A stretch of DNA of 63,904 nucleotides, filler included, from Hyphochytrium catenoides (GCA_900088475.1; 11 parts of 11 records of this genome joined end to end with filler, not necessarily neighbours in it); one strand, 5' to 3'; counted from the first letter of the whole stretch, positions 46,753-60,005 are shown. Program-made: numbers and translations. Notes: generated from the letters alone by a model not told the origin.

Positions 46753-47223
46753 TAAGGGGCATAATTATCGACACCCCGTACGGGCCGGGCCGTACCGTAG
46801 AGAACTAGCCCGTTAACCGCAAGTCTATCCGCTAACGCACGTACGGATGAGACCGGTAGCCCTTATCCCGTACCGTATGCGGTACTAGCTCGTACGAAGA
46901 AATCACATATTAGATCTTCGACCTAGCAAGAGATGATAATCACATTAAATGTAAACACAGCAACAACTCCCACCTTTGGAAGGAATCACCAAACCTAGAT
47001 CTCTCGAATATGCCAAACTTGATAATCATGCAAAGTAAAAATTTACAGAAAAGTGGAAAATGCAACAGAGTGGCCGTTAGCTGTCCCAATCCCGTACTGT
47101 ACTGCACGATCCCGATAGCCATGGACAGAAATCTGTACAGCTACCAGGACAGTATGTGTGTCGCAAACGGTCAGACCCGTATACGGTACTGCTGTATACG
47201 AGTCTCGATAATCTGGGCCCTAA
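46753..47223. mobile_element. Probable decayed non-autonomous TIR element (hAT-like MITE)
   Basis: Left end TAAGGGGCATAATTATCGACACCCCGTA versus reverse complement of right end TTAGGGCCCAGATTATCGAGACTCGTA; CCGTAC motifs cluster near both ends. Confidence 0.45.
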
Positions 47224-48012
47224 GTCTTCGCTTCGGCTGGCCAGGTCCCAGCTCCGACAAAGCTTTGCAGAGGAAGACTCCTAAAGCGATTCTAAAGACT
47301 CTTTTCTTAGATCAAACCCTCATTGACTGATTAAGATTGTTAGCAGAAGCAAACCGATCTCAGGGAGAGCAGAGAGCGACAGAGGGAGAGAAGGGATAGA
47401 AGTAGGAATGATGAGAGCAGCCTCCTTCGTAGTAAGCGCTACGCTGATAGCCAACCAGTGGCCCAGGAGACTCGGACTACCCATTCTCGTCAGCTAGTTC
47501 CTCTAAAGGCCGCGGCACTCCCACCAGCGCCTTCTCCTATCCACCTCCTGGCCCCAGCGCTAGCTCCAAGAGATAAAGCGAGAGCTCGTAGTTCAGAGGA
47601 GTATATAATACTACTACACGAAGTATACACGTATAACATACATCTTTGTTGATGTTGAGAAAATATGCTGCAAAGTCTTCCTCTTCGTAACGCGTTTTTG
47701 TTGATAGTAGCGCATGTAGCACGTTGTGGGTGTTGTTGTGCAGTGAGATTCTCATCCACCTCACTTGCAAATAGTTGTCCTTCTTATTACGGTTCCAGGC
47801 AACTGGATGATGGTTGAACAATACCTTTTCCATTTGATGGTGAAGGACCCATAATAAGTACTGCGGTTTTATACGTTGTAATTATCAGAGTCTTTACTTC
47901 TCCATCATTTCGCGAATTTAGATTGACCTTTCTTCTCTGATGCACAGGAATAGACTGATGTCTTGTTCTTTATCTATAGTGTTGATAAGAAGCAGGTAAT
48001 AGTGGCCACAAT

Positions 48013-51000
48013 CACTGTAAAATCAGTAATCGTGGTATTTTACTGTAAAAACCAAGTAAAGTGTGGTGGTATTTTGCCGGGTAAAAATCTGTATAGAGCA
48101 AAGTTCTGAGAGTCAGTTTAGGGTAATTTACAGTTCTAAAATTCCAGTTTCAGGTAAGAATCGTGTACGAACGTGTCCCAAGATTCTTTTGCAGGTATTT
48201 AGTTCTAGATGTCCCCTCCAACCTGACAGCACACTTTTGTGGTATTCTGCTGTCTAGCCAGTTCCCCAAAGCGTGACCTGTCACTTTTCGGTCTGTTCTC
48301 ACAGAAGCTGGTATTTTTTGGTTCACAGAGCTTGTTGGAAACTTTGACTGTGTTCACAGGCGTCTCGCCGTCATGCCTTCCTGTGGTATTGTGTGGGTTG
48401 ATGGCATTGCTTTTTTGGTCGGGGTGGAGGAGGCAGATAGAAGAAGTCTATTCTCTCACCACCAGGAGCGATGGTCGCTCACTACTACCGACCAAAAGAA
48501 GGGACGTTTGATCGGCGTAGATGATGGCATTGGCTAATCCACTTCTTCGTTCTTCTTTCAACCCTATGGTGGTGGTGCTCAATCGACAGGATTCATGATG
48601 GTTGTGATGATTAGGGTGCTGCTGGTGCTTCTAGGAAGGCGGATGATGTCATTTCAGCAGCAACAGAGTGAGGAGAAGGAGACGACGACGACAACAGAAA
48701 ACGATAGCAGGGCTGCTAGTATGGCGATGATGGGAACGGGTAGCCTGCTCCTGCAATTGGCGTTGCTGCCCTGGACATCAATCAAGGCGGTGGTGCTTTC
48801 TAAGAAGAGGAAGAAGGTACTTCTTAGTGTGCTACTAGCAGCTGCTGGAAGGGGAAGGAAGCCAGAGAAGAAGAGCGGCTAGTCAAACAGAAGATACAGT
48901 ACGAAGGTGCGTTGACTGCGGCAATAACAGCAGCAATAGTGAAAGCTTCTCAACAAAGGCTTTCTTAGTCTACTACTCACTCCCTCACTTGATTCTTTGT
49001 CCTACGTACAGTCCAATGCCGCAGCGCCTCTTCTTCTCATCATTATCGTCAGTATGATGATGTTAGTCGTGGTACTGGTATAACTCTGGCGCTTACAAAT
49101 ACTACTGTGTGTACAATCAGCACTCAGCCGCAGGAAGCAGCCCGGACGCTCCTCTCCTCCGACTATGAGCTGAACTGGTAGTAGAAGAAGATCAGCCCCT
49201 GCGCGGGCTAGCTTCTTGCATGTTGTTGGTGCGGTTGAGATATGGTTCCTGGCTAGAGCAGCAACAAGTAAGGACGTCTATTGTTTCTTTTATGATATTT
49301 TGACCTGCTGTCACAGCGCACTGCGGTGGTGGCTGTCCTTGGAGGATTGGCAGTGATAATCGGACCCGGCCCATTCTTGGATCCATCGTCAGGATAGTGT
49401 TCACCTTCACACCCTTCTTTGGGAACTCTCTCCCTCCTCTTATTATTATAGTCATCCTTCTGCTCCCTATTTCTCTCCTCCTCTGTTCATATATGATCCA
49501 GCTCACAGTGGGTTACTTCTTGTTTGCAGCTATCTACTAGGTAGCACCAGTCTTTTCCGGCGGATAGCCANNNNNNNNNNNNNNNNNNNNNNNNNNNNNN
49601 NNNNNNNNNNNNNNNNNNNNNNNNNNNNNNNNNNNNNNNNNNNNNNNNNNTGTCGATTCCTTCCCTGTTAAGTAACCCCAAGCCCGTAAGACGCATAGTA
49701 GTGTTGCTTTCAGCGTGACTAACATGATGATTTAACTATAAACGGATGAATATCAATATTATTTATCCTTATAGGCTAATACCTGGTGTGCTCTGCTATA
49801 AAGTATCGCTCCGTGTCGCCGTCCTGTTTGCGAACCATAAGGACATTTTCAATTGATCGCAGACATATAAAAGCCTCTTTTTTGCTCGTTTTCTTCTTTC
49901 GATCAAAGACAAAGAGCCCGGCCTGGTTGGCAGGATCAATGTCGAAAGCATGAAACCATCGACAATAGACTAAGAAGAAGTCCTCGACCTCACTCATGCC
50001 TCTCAGATCAAGAAAAAACTGAATCTCTCCGACATAGAATGAGGAGGAAGACTTGCCTGTAGTAACATTTGCCACTCTGATATAACTGCACAATGTGGCC
50101 TGATCAGAGTCCTTTCGATAGCTTCGAAGCCGGACGTAACCCATGTAGACGTCATCGTATTCCATGAAAAGCTCCGTATCCCTCATCTCAATATTATCAC
50201 CATGAATTAGGGCTGCCAGCTTTTGGACGGCTGGATTGACCTCATCTTCTTTGCCTTCATCCTTCTTGCGGTAGTTTAGCAACCAGTCAGCGTAAAACAG
50301 CTCCAGCTTATTGACTGTGTAAGACCGCATCGTGGTCGTGATTGGCTTGCCTGGTCGATGGTGGAGACCTTCATGGGCAACATGAACCGGTCAATTTCTT
50401 CCCGATATGCTTGGTGGTTGCTTAAGCAGAGGTAGTGAAGGCCCATTCTTTCCTGTGGCGTGCGGAGAGAAGAACGCGGGGTCCCTTTGCTCCTACGCAA
50501 GAATCTTGGCATTCTAAACCATCGAGGCTCCCACGCCCGACGAACTTATTCTGATCGCTCCAGATCGTCTTAGGGCCTCCAAGTCCGCCAAATGCCGGCA
50601 GCGGTCACAGTTCACCCTTTCATGGAGGTGGAGCACCATCTTGCTGTTGAGGATCTGCACTATTCCTCTGACTATGTCCGTGGCAGGATTTTTTCTGGAG
50701 TGAATGAGATTTCCCAAGAATCGCATGAATCTCTCAAAAGGGTAGACCCGCAGAGTAAAGACTGGGCCCTAGATGAGCACCTAACGCACAACAGCAGCAG
50801 CAGCAGCAGAGAAAAAAGATAAGCTCTATGATGAAGAAGGGGGAGAATGACACACTTAATAAAGTAAATATATGGCAAGTTATTGATGAGAAATACTGGC
50901 AGCTCGAAAGGACTTGTCATTGGAAACTAAGAACAAGACGTGGTGCAAGGAAGGAACTCAAGAATGGATTAGATAAGATTCACCACTAGGGAAACACTGG

Positions 51001-53600
51001 AGAGACAGAACAACCATAAGACAAGGACATTATCACAATTGTAAAAGGAGCACATTGATAAGAGTCATGATGCAAGCATTAAGCACGAGCAGGGACAAAG
51101 AGAAACAAAAAATAGTGCGATGATGAAATAGCAGAACTGTTCGAAGAGCAACAAGAGAGACTAGGTAGCAGAAGAAGAGTCATTGCTATTGTCTCACCTG
51201 CTCACAAACGTGGACCAGACGATGTAGCAGGATTTCTAGTATAGAAGATGAAAAGGCTTCTTCGAGAGCCACCATTGCCATGATCATATCGTCTACAAGC
51301 TTATTGGCCGTGGCCACAGTGATCGTCTTGAAAGCATCAGCTTATAGGCGTCAACGAATTTAAACCACGCCATTCTTTGCTTCTCCCCCCAGCCATCATT
51401 CTGCGACTCCGGAAGCCTGAAGCAGATTTTACCGAATGCCTGTCAGGAGGAAGAGAGGCAAAAGGTCGAAGAACATACTGCGTCAGAATTGGTGCTACTT
51501 CCTACTACTATACATGTTAGAATCCACTTTTACCGCCACAACGTAAAAACAGAATCATCGTGTCCTAAATTCACCAAACAATAGTCATCAGAGGTGTCCA
51601 TCAGAACAATGCGCTTCTTCTTTACCTCTATAAAACCCATATAGTCGGCAGTCCTCAGACCTACCGGCTCGTCGTCAAATATCGTTCGCATCCTGGAGGA
51701 CTGGATATCCGGATTCAGTTTCCAAGAGCGAAGTTCCTTCGCAATTTGCTTGACGGCAACTCTAGATAGAACTGACTCATGTTTATCTTCTCCTTCCTCT
51801 GCCTCAATCGGGTTCTTCCCATCAAGCATTCGATTCACCATACTTCGGCCGACATTGAGCGTATGCATCGGATCTTCACCTGTTAGAAGGAAGAAGAAAA
51901 ATAGAGAGAAGAGATCAGAAAAGAAGATGAGCTCCATCAGAGGAGGGTTGTGAACAGTGCTGCAAGCTATTTTTGTCCTAGTGCTCTAGCTCCTAATGTA
52001 ACCAAGCCCTGCCCAGAAAATAGAAGAAGTCGTGATACTACTAAGCACCTAGAAGAAGAGGAAGCCCTTGAGCGATGTCCATGATGCACGAAGCAGGCTA
52101 TCCAAATCAACCAACACCACCTACCCCCCACAGCACTAGCCTTCCATCACCTCGTAGTTATAGTTCGGTAGACGAAGGAACTCAGTCTTCCTTCTCTGCT
52201 CTTTAAAGCAGGAGTCTGAGAGCAGCGGTGGTTTATAGAAAAGAAGAGTTATCATCACGGATTAAATAGCATATAAGAAAGAGATAGAGCTCCGTCCCTC
52301 TTTCACACTTCTTGAGCCCGAGTTCTTTTGTTGTGGGTGGTCCTTACTATATAGAGCTATTTTATGTGCCTCTGCCGCCATCTTGCGCTTCTTTCCTATC
52401 CCGTTTCTTTCGAGCAAACCGATATTGACAGTCAAATATAGCGTCTCTCTCTCGCCCTCCCAGCACCTCTTTACTTTATCTCATTCCGACTTTCTCGTTT
52501 CTCTACCTGACGACGTTGATCCAAGGACTGGAAGATTGGATAGACCTTACAAGTTCTCAGAATAGGCTGGTTCTCTTCGTCGCGCAAAAAATAGCTTTCG
52601 TACTGAAAGCCATGCGTTTGTAGGTAGAGCAGCTCGTCGTCCACAATTGGTTCAAAGTAGGAATTTAGGTCCATCTTTTTGGTTGCCCTTGGAATCACTG
52701 TCAGCAAAGGCATCCACTCGGCCATTATGCGTTCCGAATGAGGAAGATTTGCTATCTGTGGGAGCACTGGCCACAGGCGGAGAGAACCCTTCTTCCAAGG
52801 AGAGAAGCCATTAATGTTAAATATCAGTACGATATTTTCAAGTGCGAATCCCCCGGCATACTTCTCTTGATAGTTGTAGACATGCTCGCGCCACCCCGGA
52901 GAGTCATAGATGTCATACATAGGGGTGTCTGGTCTATGGTGCTCCATACCTGATTTTCTCTTCGCATCAAATCGAAGCATCCTTTCGAAGGTGATCGACA
53001 TAAAGTACACTCGAAGAATGGCCTGAAGAGAGATGTACCATGTAAAGGCTCTGGCCTTGCCATTTTCGTCGTAGACTGCTTAGCACCGCAAATGACACAA
53101 TGAGTCCCTTCATAGTTGTAAAAAAGCCTGCACCCTCTGACGCAACACGCTGACATTCAGGGGACAAGATGAGGGTCACGGAGATAAGTAACATAAATGG
53201 AGCTTGACGGCCTTACGGTTTTTGGCAGAACACACGTGAAGTAAGAACCCTTACAGTGTTTACCTTTCAATTCTTTATCCACCGATCGATAGGGACTGGC
53301 TTCACTCCAGCATTACGGAAGTAGGCCATGGTCTCTCCAAAAGACTTGCTGTCATTCTCATCGTCTTCTTCATCTGCCTCCTCATAATAACCATAAAGAG
53401 CTCGTCGCTCTGCTCTGTACTCATTCATTCGCTCTCGGAAGTCCAGCTCGCATCTAAGCTTAGAGAGCCCAGGATCTCTCAGTCTCCGCAACAATAGTTT
53501 GCCAAGAAGAACCTCTGCGCTAGTATGGGCTGGTAGTAGATCCTGGTCGCCTGGGTCTTTCCACCCAGCCAGGTGCCATGGTCCAGCGCGATAGTTCATC
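48013..53600 (-). mobile_element. CACTA/EnSpm (CMC) DNA transposon, degenerate TNP2-like transposase
   Basis: C..GC.LF..C..C, YDIYDSPGW, NGFSPW..S..WP..NLP..ER, YFEPIVDDELLYL, DPMH, YPFERFMRFL (DUF4218-like), YVGEIQFF..LVYCRWF (DUF4216-like; ORF 49776-50330). Candidate terminus CACTGTAAAA at 48013 with subterminal repeats. Confidence 0.85.
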
Positions 53601-53849
53601 TCGTCTTCATCGACGTCCTCATCGTCATACTAACAATTGCTGACATCATCGAGCAGTGCGGCGTTACTATTATCTTCTTCTCAAAGAAGCGCATCGTCCA
53701 AGCGCTCTGATTCATTTGCTACAGCACCACCAAGCAGTATAAGAAGAGAACAGCGAGGAGAGCGACGTCAGAAGAGGAAATGATTGTGAAAAAGCAGCTA
53801 TATTGGATAAACATCGGATAAATAACCCTATCGACTAGTAATAATGAGA

Positions 53850-54300
53850 TGAAGCGGAGGAGGGGCGTAGGGACGAGAGAGAAGCGCTAAAGTTACGACC
53901 CCACGAGCTGTCACTATGGAGTCAAAACTTCGTGGACCTCAATGTCGCTGATGGACGCTCACCCGAAGCGATAGAGCTCCTTTCTCTAGCGGAAGAGCTG
54001 CTCATCGACGACGTTTCGGAAAGGAAGCAATTCCAGTCATTGTCACTCGCCCTGCTTTCTTCACCTGCGTCGCCTCTGACGACCAAGCCTTTTTGCCGGC
54101 CTCTACATCATCACTACTACTACTAGACCTCCTGTTAATAATAACTGTCTCCTCTTCCGAGTAAGGGCCCTGCATTATCCATGGCAAAGACGTCGCATCA
54201 ATAGCTAACCAACCTATTACCAGCTTAAAGCTCGGCAAAAGGGTAACAAGAGTCGTTCTTCTTCTATACCTTCTTCTTGATTGTCTACCGTCCTTTTACT
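53850..54300 (-). mobile_element. Very decayed RLE endonuclease fragment, possible third family
   Basis: LAIDAT...AGKKA..SEATQVKK...GIASF, then (frameshifted) VVDE and RVSV in RLE order. Confidence 0.3.
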
Positions 54301-55045
54301 TATCATCTCCGCCTCCCATTTTAACAAAGATGCTTTCGATAGTAGTAGCTGTTGACCCACATTCCTTGTTCACAAGGAAGGGCGTCTGCCTTCATTTTAG
54401 GGGTGCTGTGACTTCTCCATGCTTCGTAACAGGCCTGGCAATAAAGTATCAATTCGGAGTACTAATTTATGCAGTACCTTCTTCGTAAGGTCAAAGAATG
54501 GCCATGGTGCTTACTTCTTACGCTGCAGCGACAGAACTTGATTGTCTGGTTGGGGCCAATCGCCCTTTTGAGGTCATTTTTATTGAGGTACGAGTAGCAG
54601 TGCCAAGGGCGCCATCCTAGTGTGGTGAGGTTTTTGTTTGCTTTCTATTGCATGCAGCCCATCCTCCTTTTCATTCGTTTCCGCCGTTGCCGATCCCCTT
54701 TGTTGTTGTTACTATGGAAGATCCCGTTCGCCTTTCAATGATGATTTTTCATCGTGGACTGAAATAAGTAGCAGGCCCGCTGTCGCGGTGCCGGGGGGCC
54801 CTTGGCCTTTTGGTTGAGAGTGTTTACTTTTCCTTTCGGACCATTTTTTCTTACGTAATGCTTAGATTGTACTTTTTATTTTGGTTCTTTATAAAAGGGG
54901 GAACTTTTCAAGTTGATAATAATTATGAATTCAAGCGCAGGAATCNNNNNNNNNNNNNNNNNNNNNNNNNNNNNNNNNNNNNNNNNNNNTTAATTAATTA
55001 ANNNNNNNNNNNNNNNNNNNNNNNNNNNNNNNNNNNNNNNNNNNN

Positions 55046-55494
55046 TGATAAGCATCGAAAGTAGGAGCAGAGGACCCCAGTCTTCTAATGGGTCTGATGA
55101 TGGAGGAGAGGCAACACGTAACGATTCTCCTGCAGGTCTCGAGGAGAAGAGCGTCACTCACATGATGGACGGCCCAGAAAAAGACGAGAATCATCAAGAC
55201 AGCAACAGGGCCACGATACCGAACGTCATAAGTGGCAGGAAGCGACCTCCTGGTGTCAAAAAGGCGAAGGCTGATAAGAAAGATGACCACTTTAACACAA
55301 AATACCTTACTCTCACGGAGGATATGGCAGAGTCAGCTCGGAAGAAGGTGAAAGCTATTGAGGATCACTTCGCGTTGCAGCTGTTCAGCTTAAGAGATGA
55401 TCAGATACCACCAGAATCCAAAAGGTTCTTTGATCTAAGGCGTCAGGCAATTCTCAGAGAACTCGAGAATTCAGTAAAGGAACAAGGTTGCTGA
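55046..55494 (+). CDS. PIF/Harbinger accessory ORF C-terminus (NAM-associated-like), partial
   Basis: KRPPGVKKAK...ESKRFFDLRRQAIL; convergent with the transposase. Confidence 0.75.
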
Positions 55495-55556
55495 TCAGCA
55501 GCAGCAGACCCAGAGACGTCGCTACGTAATGGAGTCGTTCAGTTAATCGTACTACT

Positions 55557-56048
55557 TTAAAGTGCTCGCCTTTGTCTTTTGTTAGCCTGACTTTGTTCAC
55601 TACCCTTTAGGCGCCAGAGATGTTCAATTAGCTCATCTCGAAGCAAATAGTGGGCCCCACTGTCATGAATGTTCTTGATGTCCTGTATCAATCGTGTGAG
55701 GGACCCAATGCTTTGTGCGGTACCCTCTCCGTCATCGGCGTCTACCAACGGCTGTTGTCTAGCCCATGCACCCGCGGCCTCTTCTGTGTCGTCATTCTCT
55801 CTCGGCCCGTGAACGTCATGGTTGTTATTTGCTTGATTGCCGTCATCGTAGATAAATTGGATGATATCTGGGTTGTATGTCTCATCCTCCCTTTCGTCCT
55901 CGACAATCATGTTGTGCAGGATGGTGCATGCTCTAATAACGACATCCATTCTTTCTTGGAACCAGAATCTGGAAGGCTGCTTGAGTATACGGAAGCGGGC
56001 TTGGAGGACGCCAAAGCAGCGCTCAACATCCTTTCGAACTGCTTCTTG
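55557..56048 (-). CDS. PIF/Harbinger DDE transposase C-terminus, partial
   Basis: QEAVRKDVERCFGVLQARFRIL...IRACTILHNMIVEDER...LRDELIEHLW. Confidence 0.93.
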   Translation of the reverse strand, partial: QEAVRKDVERCFGVLQARFRILKQPSRFWFQERMDVVIRACTILHNMIVEDEREDETYNPDIIQFIYDDGNQANNNHDVHGPRENDDTEEAAGAWARQQPLVDADDGEGTAQSIGSLTRLIQDIKNIHDSGAHYLLRDELIEHLWRLKGSEQSQANKRQRRAL

Positions 56049-56355
56049 NNNNNNNNNNNNNNNNNNNNNNNNNNNNNNNNNNNNNNNNNNNNTTAATTAA
56101 TTAANNNNNNNNNNNNNNNNNNNNNNNNNNNNNNNNNNNNNNNNNNNNGAGAGAGAGAGAGCGAGAGAGAGAGAGAAGCAAAGAGAGGAGAGTGAGGCGG
56201 TGGAAGAGAAGAAGAGGGTGAAGGGTTAAAAAAGAATAACGTAAATGAAAAAAGCGGGACAGTAGGCAAGAGGAGGAAAGAGTGAGAGGCAGCTTAGAAA
56301 AAGAGAGAGACAGAGAGAGTGAGAGAGAGAGAGAGGGAAAGGGAGAGAAACATAC

Positions 56356-56896
56356 CTTGAAGACATCTCTTCCTCCAGTCTCAGCGATTTCGGAGAGCGC
56401 TGCCACTGCATTGGAAACGACCTGGAAATGAAAAGCGAACATACATTAAAATTGAGTAGGCAGAAGAGAGAGAGAGAGAGCGAAAGGGGAAAACAGAGAG
56501 AATAGCGTGCGCGCAGGAGAGAGGAAAAAGCCCGAGGGCGAGAGAAAGAGAGAGTGAGAGAGAGGGCGGGAAGGAGAGAGACTAGAGTGAGAGATATCGC
56601 GACACCAACACTGGAAGCGGCAGAGAATCGATCGAGAGAGANNNNNNNNNNNNNNNNNNNNNNNNNNNNNNNNNNNNNNNNNNNNNNNNNNNNNNNNNNN
56701 NNNNNNNNNNNNNNNNNNNNNNNNNNNNNNNNNNNNNNNNNNNNNNNNNNNNNNNNNNNNNNNNNNNNNNNNATATCATAGAGTTTCGCCACACAGATGG
56801 CTCCTGTCTTCCGGACATAAGGATCCTGAGAGAGAGAGAGAGAGGAAACAAGTGTGAGAAAGAGAGAGAAGAGAGAGAAGACAGAGAAAAGAGTCT

Positions 56897-56940
<44 letters not shown>

Positions 56941-57219
56941 AACAGCGTGTGTGGGTGTCTGTGTGTTTTAGGAAAACTAAGAGGTGTTAATAGAAAAAAA
57001 AGAAAGGGAGAGAAAGGTGACAAAGAGAGGAGGAGAAACAGAGACAGAAAGAACCAGAGAGAGAGAGAAAGAGAGAGAAAGAATGCTCACGTCATCTCTC
57101 AGTGCTGCCCTTAGAGGTTCGCAGAGATACTCCGTGATGCGGTCAACTCTGATGCAGCCCATAGTGCGCACAGACAGAGCACGAATCAAAGGGTTAGGAT
57201 CAGCCGCGTCCTGGAAAGG

Positions 57220-57265
<46 letters not shown>

Positions 57266-57603
57266 ATTGATGGTTAACATTGAACATAGGCATATTGAAA
57301 CCCCGTTTTCTCTCTCTCTTCTCTCTCCCTCGTCGCTCTACACTTACACGGCCCCGCAGGACAATCTCCAACCGTTTTCGCTCCCTCCTTTTCTGCAATC
57401 TTCTTATCTCTCTCGCTTTGCTTTCTCTCTCTCTCTATCTCTCTCTCCTACATTTTGCTCTCTCTCTCTCTCTCTCCTTTGTGCCTTTCTCTCTTCCGAT
57501 CTCTTCTTCTCTCTCTTCTCTTACCTTGACAAAGGTGTTGACAGCCAGTATGGCGAGGTCTGGGTTGCTCTTGGCATAGTTGATGAGATAAAGATAGACA
57601 AGC
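56356..57603 (-). CDS. AP-1/AP-2 complex beta-adaptin, internal exons
   Basis: Exons 57525-57603 [26 protein letters not shown]; 57091-57210 [19 protein letters not shown]; 56773-56825 [17 protein letters not shown]; 56356-56421 [12 protein letters not shown]. Confidence 0.96.
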
Positions 57604-57789
57604 NNNNNNNNNNNNNNNNNNNNNNNNNNNNNNNNNNNNNNNNNNNNTTAATTAATTAANNNNNNNNNNNNNNNNNNNNNNNNNNNNNNNNNNNNNNNNN
57701 NNNACATGATCTAGCTAGAGCTACGCTTAACTGATCAAACCGCTATGTTGCTTTGCATCATAAAGCTGCATTCATCCCATTCCAGTTGG

Positions 57790-58190
57790 TTCTTGGCTCC
57801 TCCGCTGTTGATGCTGACCATTTAATGTTCATTGGTATCAGTGAGAGTGCCGTCACCCGACCTTGAACCACTTTGGTTGATTTCCTTTCCGTCTCTTTTG
57901 CCATCCATGATGAACATGCGCTTCAGATCTTGAAACGCATTCCTCGTCAGCAGTTTCGAGCGTGATGAAGGTGTTGGCCCTTTATTTTTAAGTCGTCCTC
58001 CTCCCTTTCTCCTCTTGTTATTGCTGAGGAAGCCAACCATAAATCTATTCTTTATCTGACAATGGCGGTGGAGAAGAGAGGGTTGGTGAAGAGACCAAGA
58101 CTTTCTAGCTCTTGTCGTCTCTCTTCTTCTTCATCTTCTTCTTCTCCTCTCTCTTCTCTCCCTTCTTCTGTTTGAGTAGTAGCTAATGCT
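57790..58190 (+). mobile_element. RLE retroelement family B 3' fragment
   Basis: GCCATCCATGATGAACATGCGCTTCAGATCTTGAAACGCATTCC (AIHDEHALQILKRIP), VIAEEANH, ETKTF*, TTC tail then GAGTAGTAG. Confidence 0.7.
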
Positions 58191-58324
58191 TACGTGGAGG
58201 TAGAATGGACTCAGAGAGGGGACATAATGGGTCAAAAGTTATTCTCTTTTCCTTGTTATTCAGGAGGAGTGACTAGCAGACAACGGAACAAGGAGAGATG
58301 GATTATTTCTCTATAAAGTGGATT

Positions 58325-58720
58325 AGCTGCTATTGCTCAAAAGCAGAGCAAGAAGAAGAGGGAAGACGAAGAAGAACCAGAAGAAGAAGCAGGAGAAGAA
58401 ACAGAAGATGAAGAAGAAGATGAAGAAGAATGAGAGGAAGAAGAAGAAGAAGGAAAATAATAAGAGAGGAGAAAGAAGAAGAAGAGGAGGAAGAAGAAAG
58501 AAGAAGAAGAAGAAAGAAGAAGAAGAAGAAGAAAAAGAAGAAGAACACGAAGAAGAAGAAGAAGACAGCAAGAGCGAGACAGCCTTGGTCTCTTTCTCAT
58601 TCAGCCTAGCTCTATCATTCCTCTCACTCATTATCACAAGAGGAAGAATGATAGTTATCTGCTCAGCAATAACACGAGGAGAAGAAGAAGAAATATTATC
58701 TATTATGAACAAGGTTTTGC
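58325..58720 (-). mobile_element. RLE retroelement family B 3' fragment, inverted, with long (GAA)n tail
   Basis: SPRVIAEQ...TATCATTCTTCC...GAGACCAAGGC, then a ~220-bp TTC tail. Confidence 0.65.
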
Positions 58721-59070
58721 CTGGCTATGGCTCTACTACGCCGTCATTCCAGAGTCTCTNNNNNNNNNNNNNNNNNNNNNNNNNNNNNNNNNNNNNNNNN
58801 NNNTTAATTAATTAANNNNNNNNNNNNNNNNNNNNNNNNNNNNNNNNNNNNNNNNNNNNTGAACCTACCTCTCACCTCCTTTTTCACTACGGCTCTCTGC
58901 CTGTTCAACTCCTTCCCCGTTGAGAAGGACCCTTGTCACTATTTCTTTCTCCCACTCTCCTGTGGCTGTATACCTTTCCTTTCTTTCCTCTGCCACTTTC
59001 TGCTCTGTTAACGTGTTGCATGTTTCAAGCGCTCAGTCTCGTCTCTTTCTCGCTCTGTCTTTCCCCACAG

Positions 59071-59631
59071 ATGGCAGAGTCTTTACCGCCAATTCATCCG
59101 ATCACCTCACTTTCGGCCTTGGTTCAACTCTCGCCTGATGGTGCTACTGAAAGAGATAGAAGAGATGTACAGAGCGCTGCGCTGGGCGACGGCTCCTTCC
59201 CAGATAGTTAGAAATAAGCAAGGAAGAATGAAGACCGAACAAGAGCTCATCGCTCTCTATTTTGCAGTATGTCAGCCTTCTCTTCAGATCCTCTGACAAG
59301 TCTCAATCTCAGAGCTCTAACATGTCTCCATCTACAGATTAAAAGTGCGATAAAGACAGAAGCAGCCAGGCAGGATGCTTCCTCGGAGCTGATGGAGCAC
59401 ATGGAACAACATCTGGCCGCCGTGGAGGCAGCTGTGCCAGTGCACATCGCCCAGGTAAGGAGCAGAAAGTGACAAAGAAGAGGAGTGTGAGGAGAGGGCA
59501 AGTGTAACAGTCAGGAGCACCACTGATTTCCGTCGTTCATCTGTCTTTGTCTTTCTCTCTTTGCCACTTTGTAGGTGTTGAGAGACACAGCAGATGTCTC
59601 TTTTGCTCCTCTCGTGCCTCCCTACCGATAA
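59071..59631 (+). CDS. DENND6: DENND6-like (FAM116) protein, last three exons
   Basis: Exons 59071-59266, 59338-59454 and 59575-59631 give WQSLYRQFIRSPHFRPWFNSR...KTEQELIALY...MEQHLAAVEAAVP, matching the DENND6 C-terminus (W..LYR.F..SPNF..WF..R). Not in the ORF track. Confidence 0.75.
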
Positions 59632-60005
59632 CTCTCAGAGCCAGTCCCTTTGGTGCTTCCATGCTCTGAAGGCCAAGAAGTCGTGGAATAATCAGAGTGA
59701 GAAGAGAGAGAGAGAGAGAGGGTTGACAGGCTAGGCAAAGCGAGGGAGAGAGGGAGAGAGACAGAGTGCTAAGGCACCACGCATGTAGTATATAGTAAAG
59801 TATATATATTAACTCAAAGAGAGATGCTTCTCTTGTCCTTTGACTGCTGGGTTTTCCCAGATATCTACCGCTTCCTGTCTCTTCCCTTCTTCCGATGCAG
59901 ATTAGATGTCAGTGGTTATGTTGCCTGGGACTTATTCTGATTCTCTCCTAATCTCAAGCCGGACGCTAGAAATATCTCTTTAGCCTTCTGACTGTCATTG
60001 ATCAT

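Noticed and set aside
54770-54945. CAGGCCCG...GGGGGGCCC resembling a hAT terminus
   Set aside because: Contig ends before any partner TIR can be seen.
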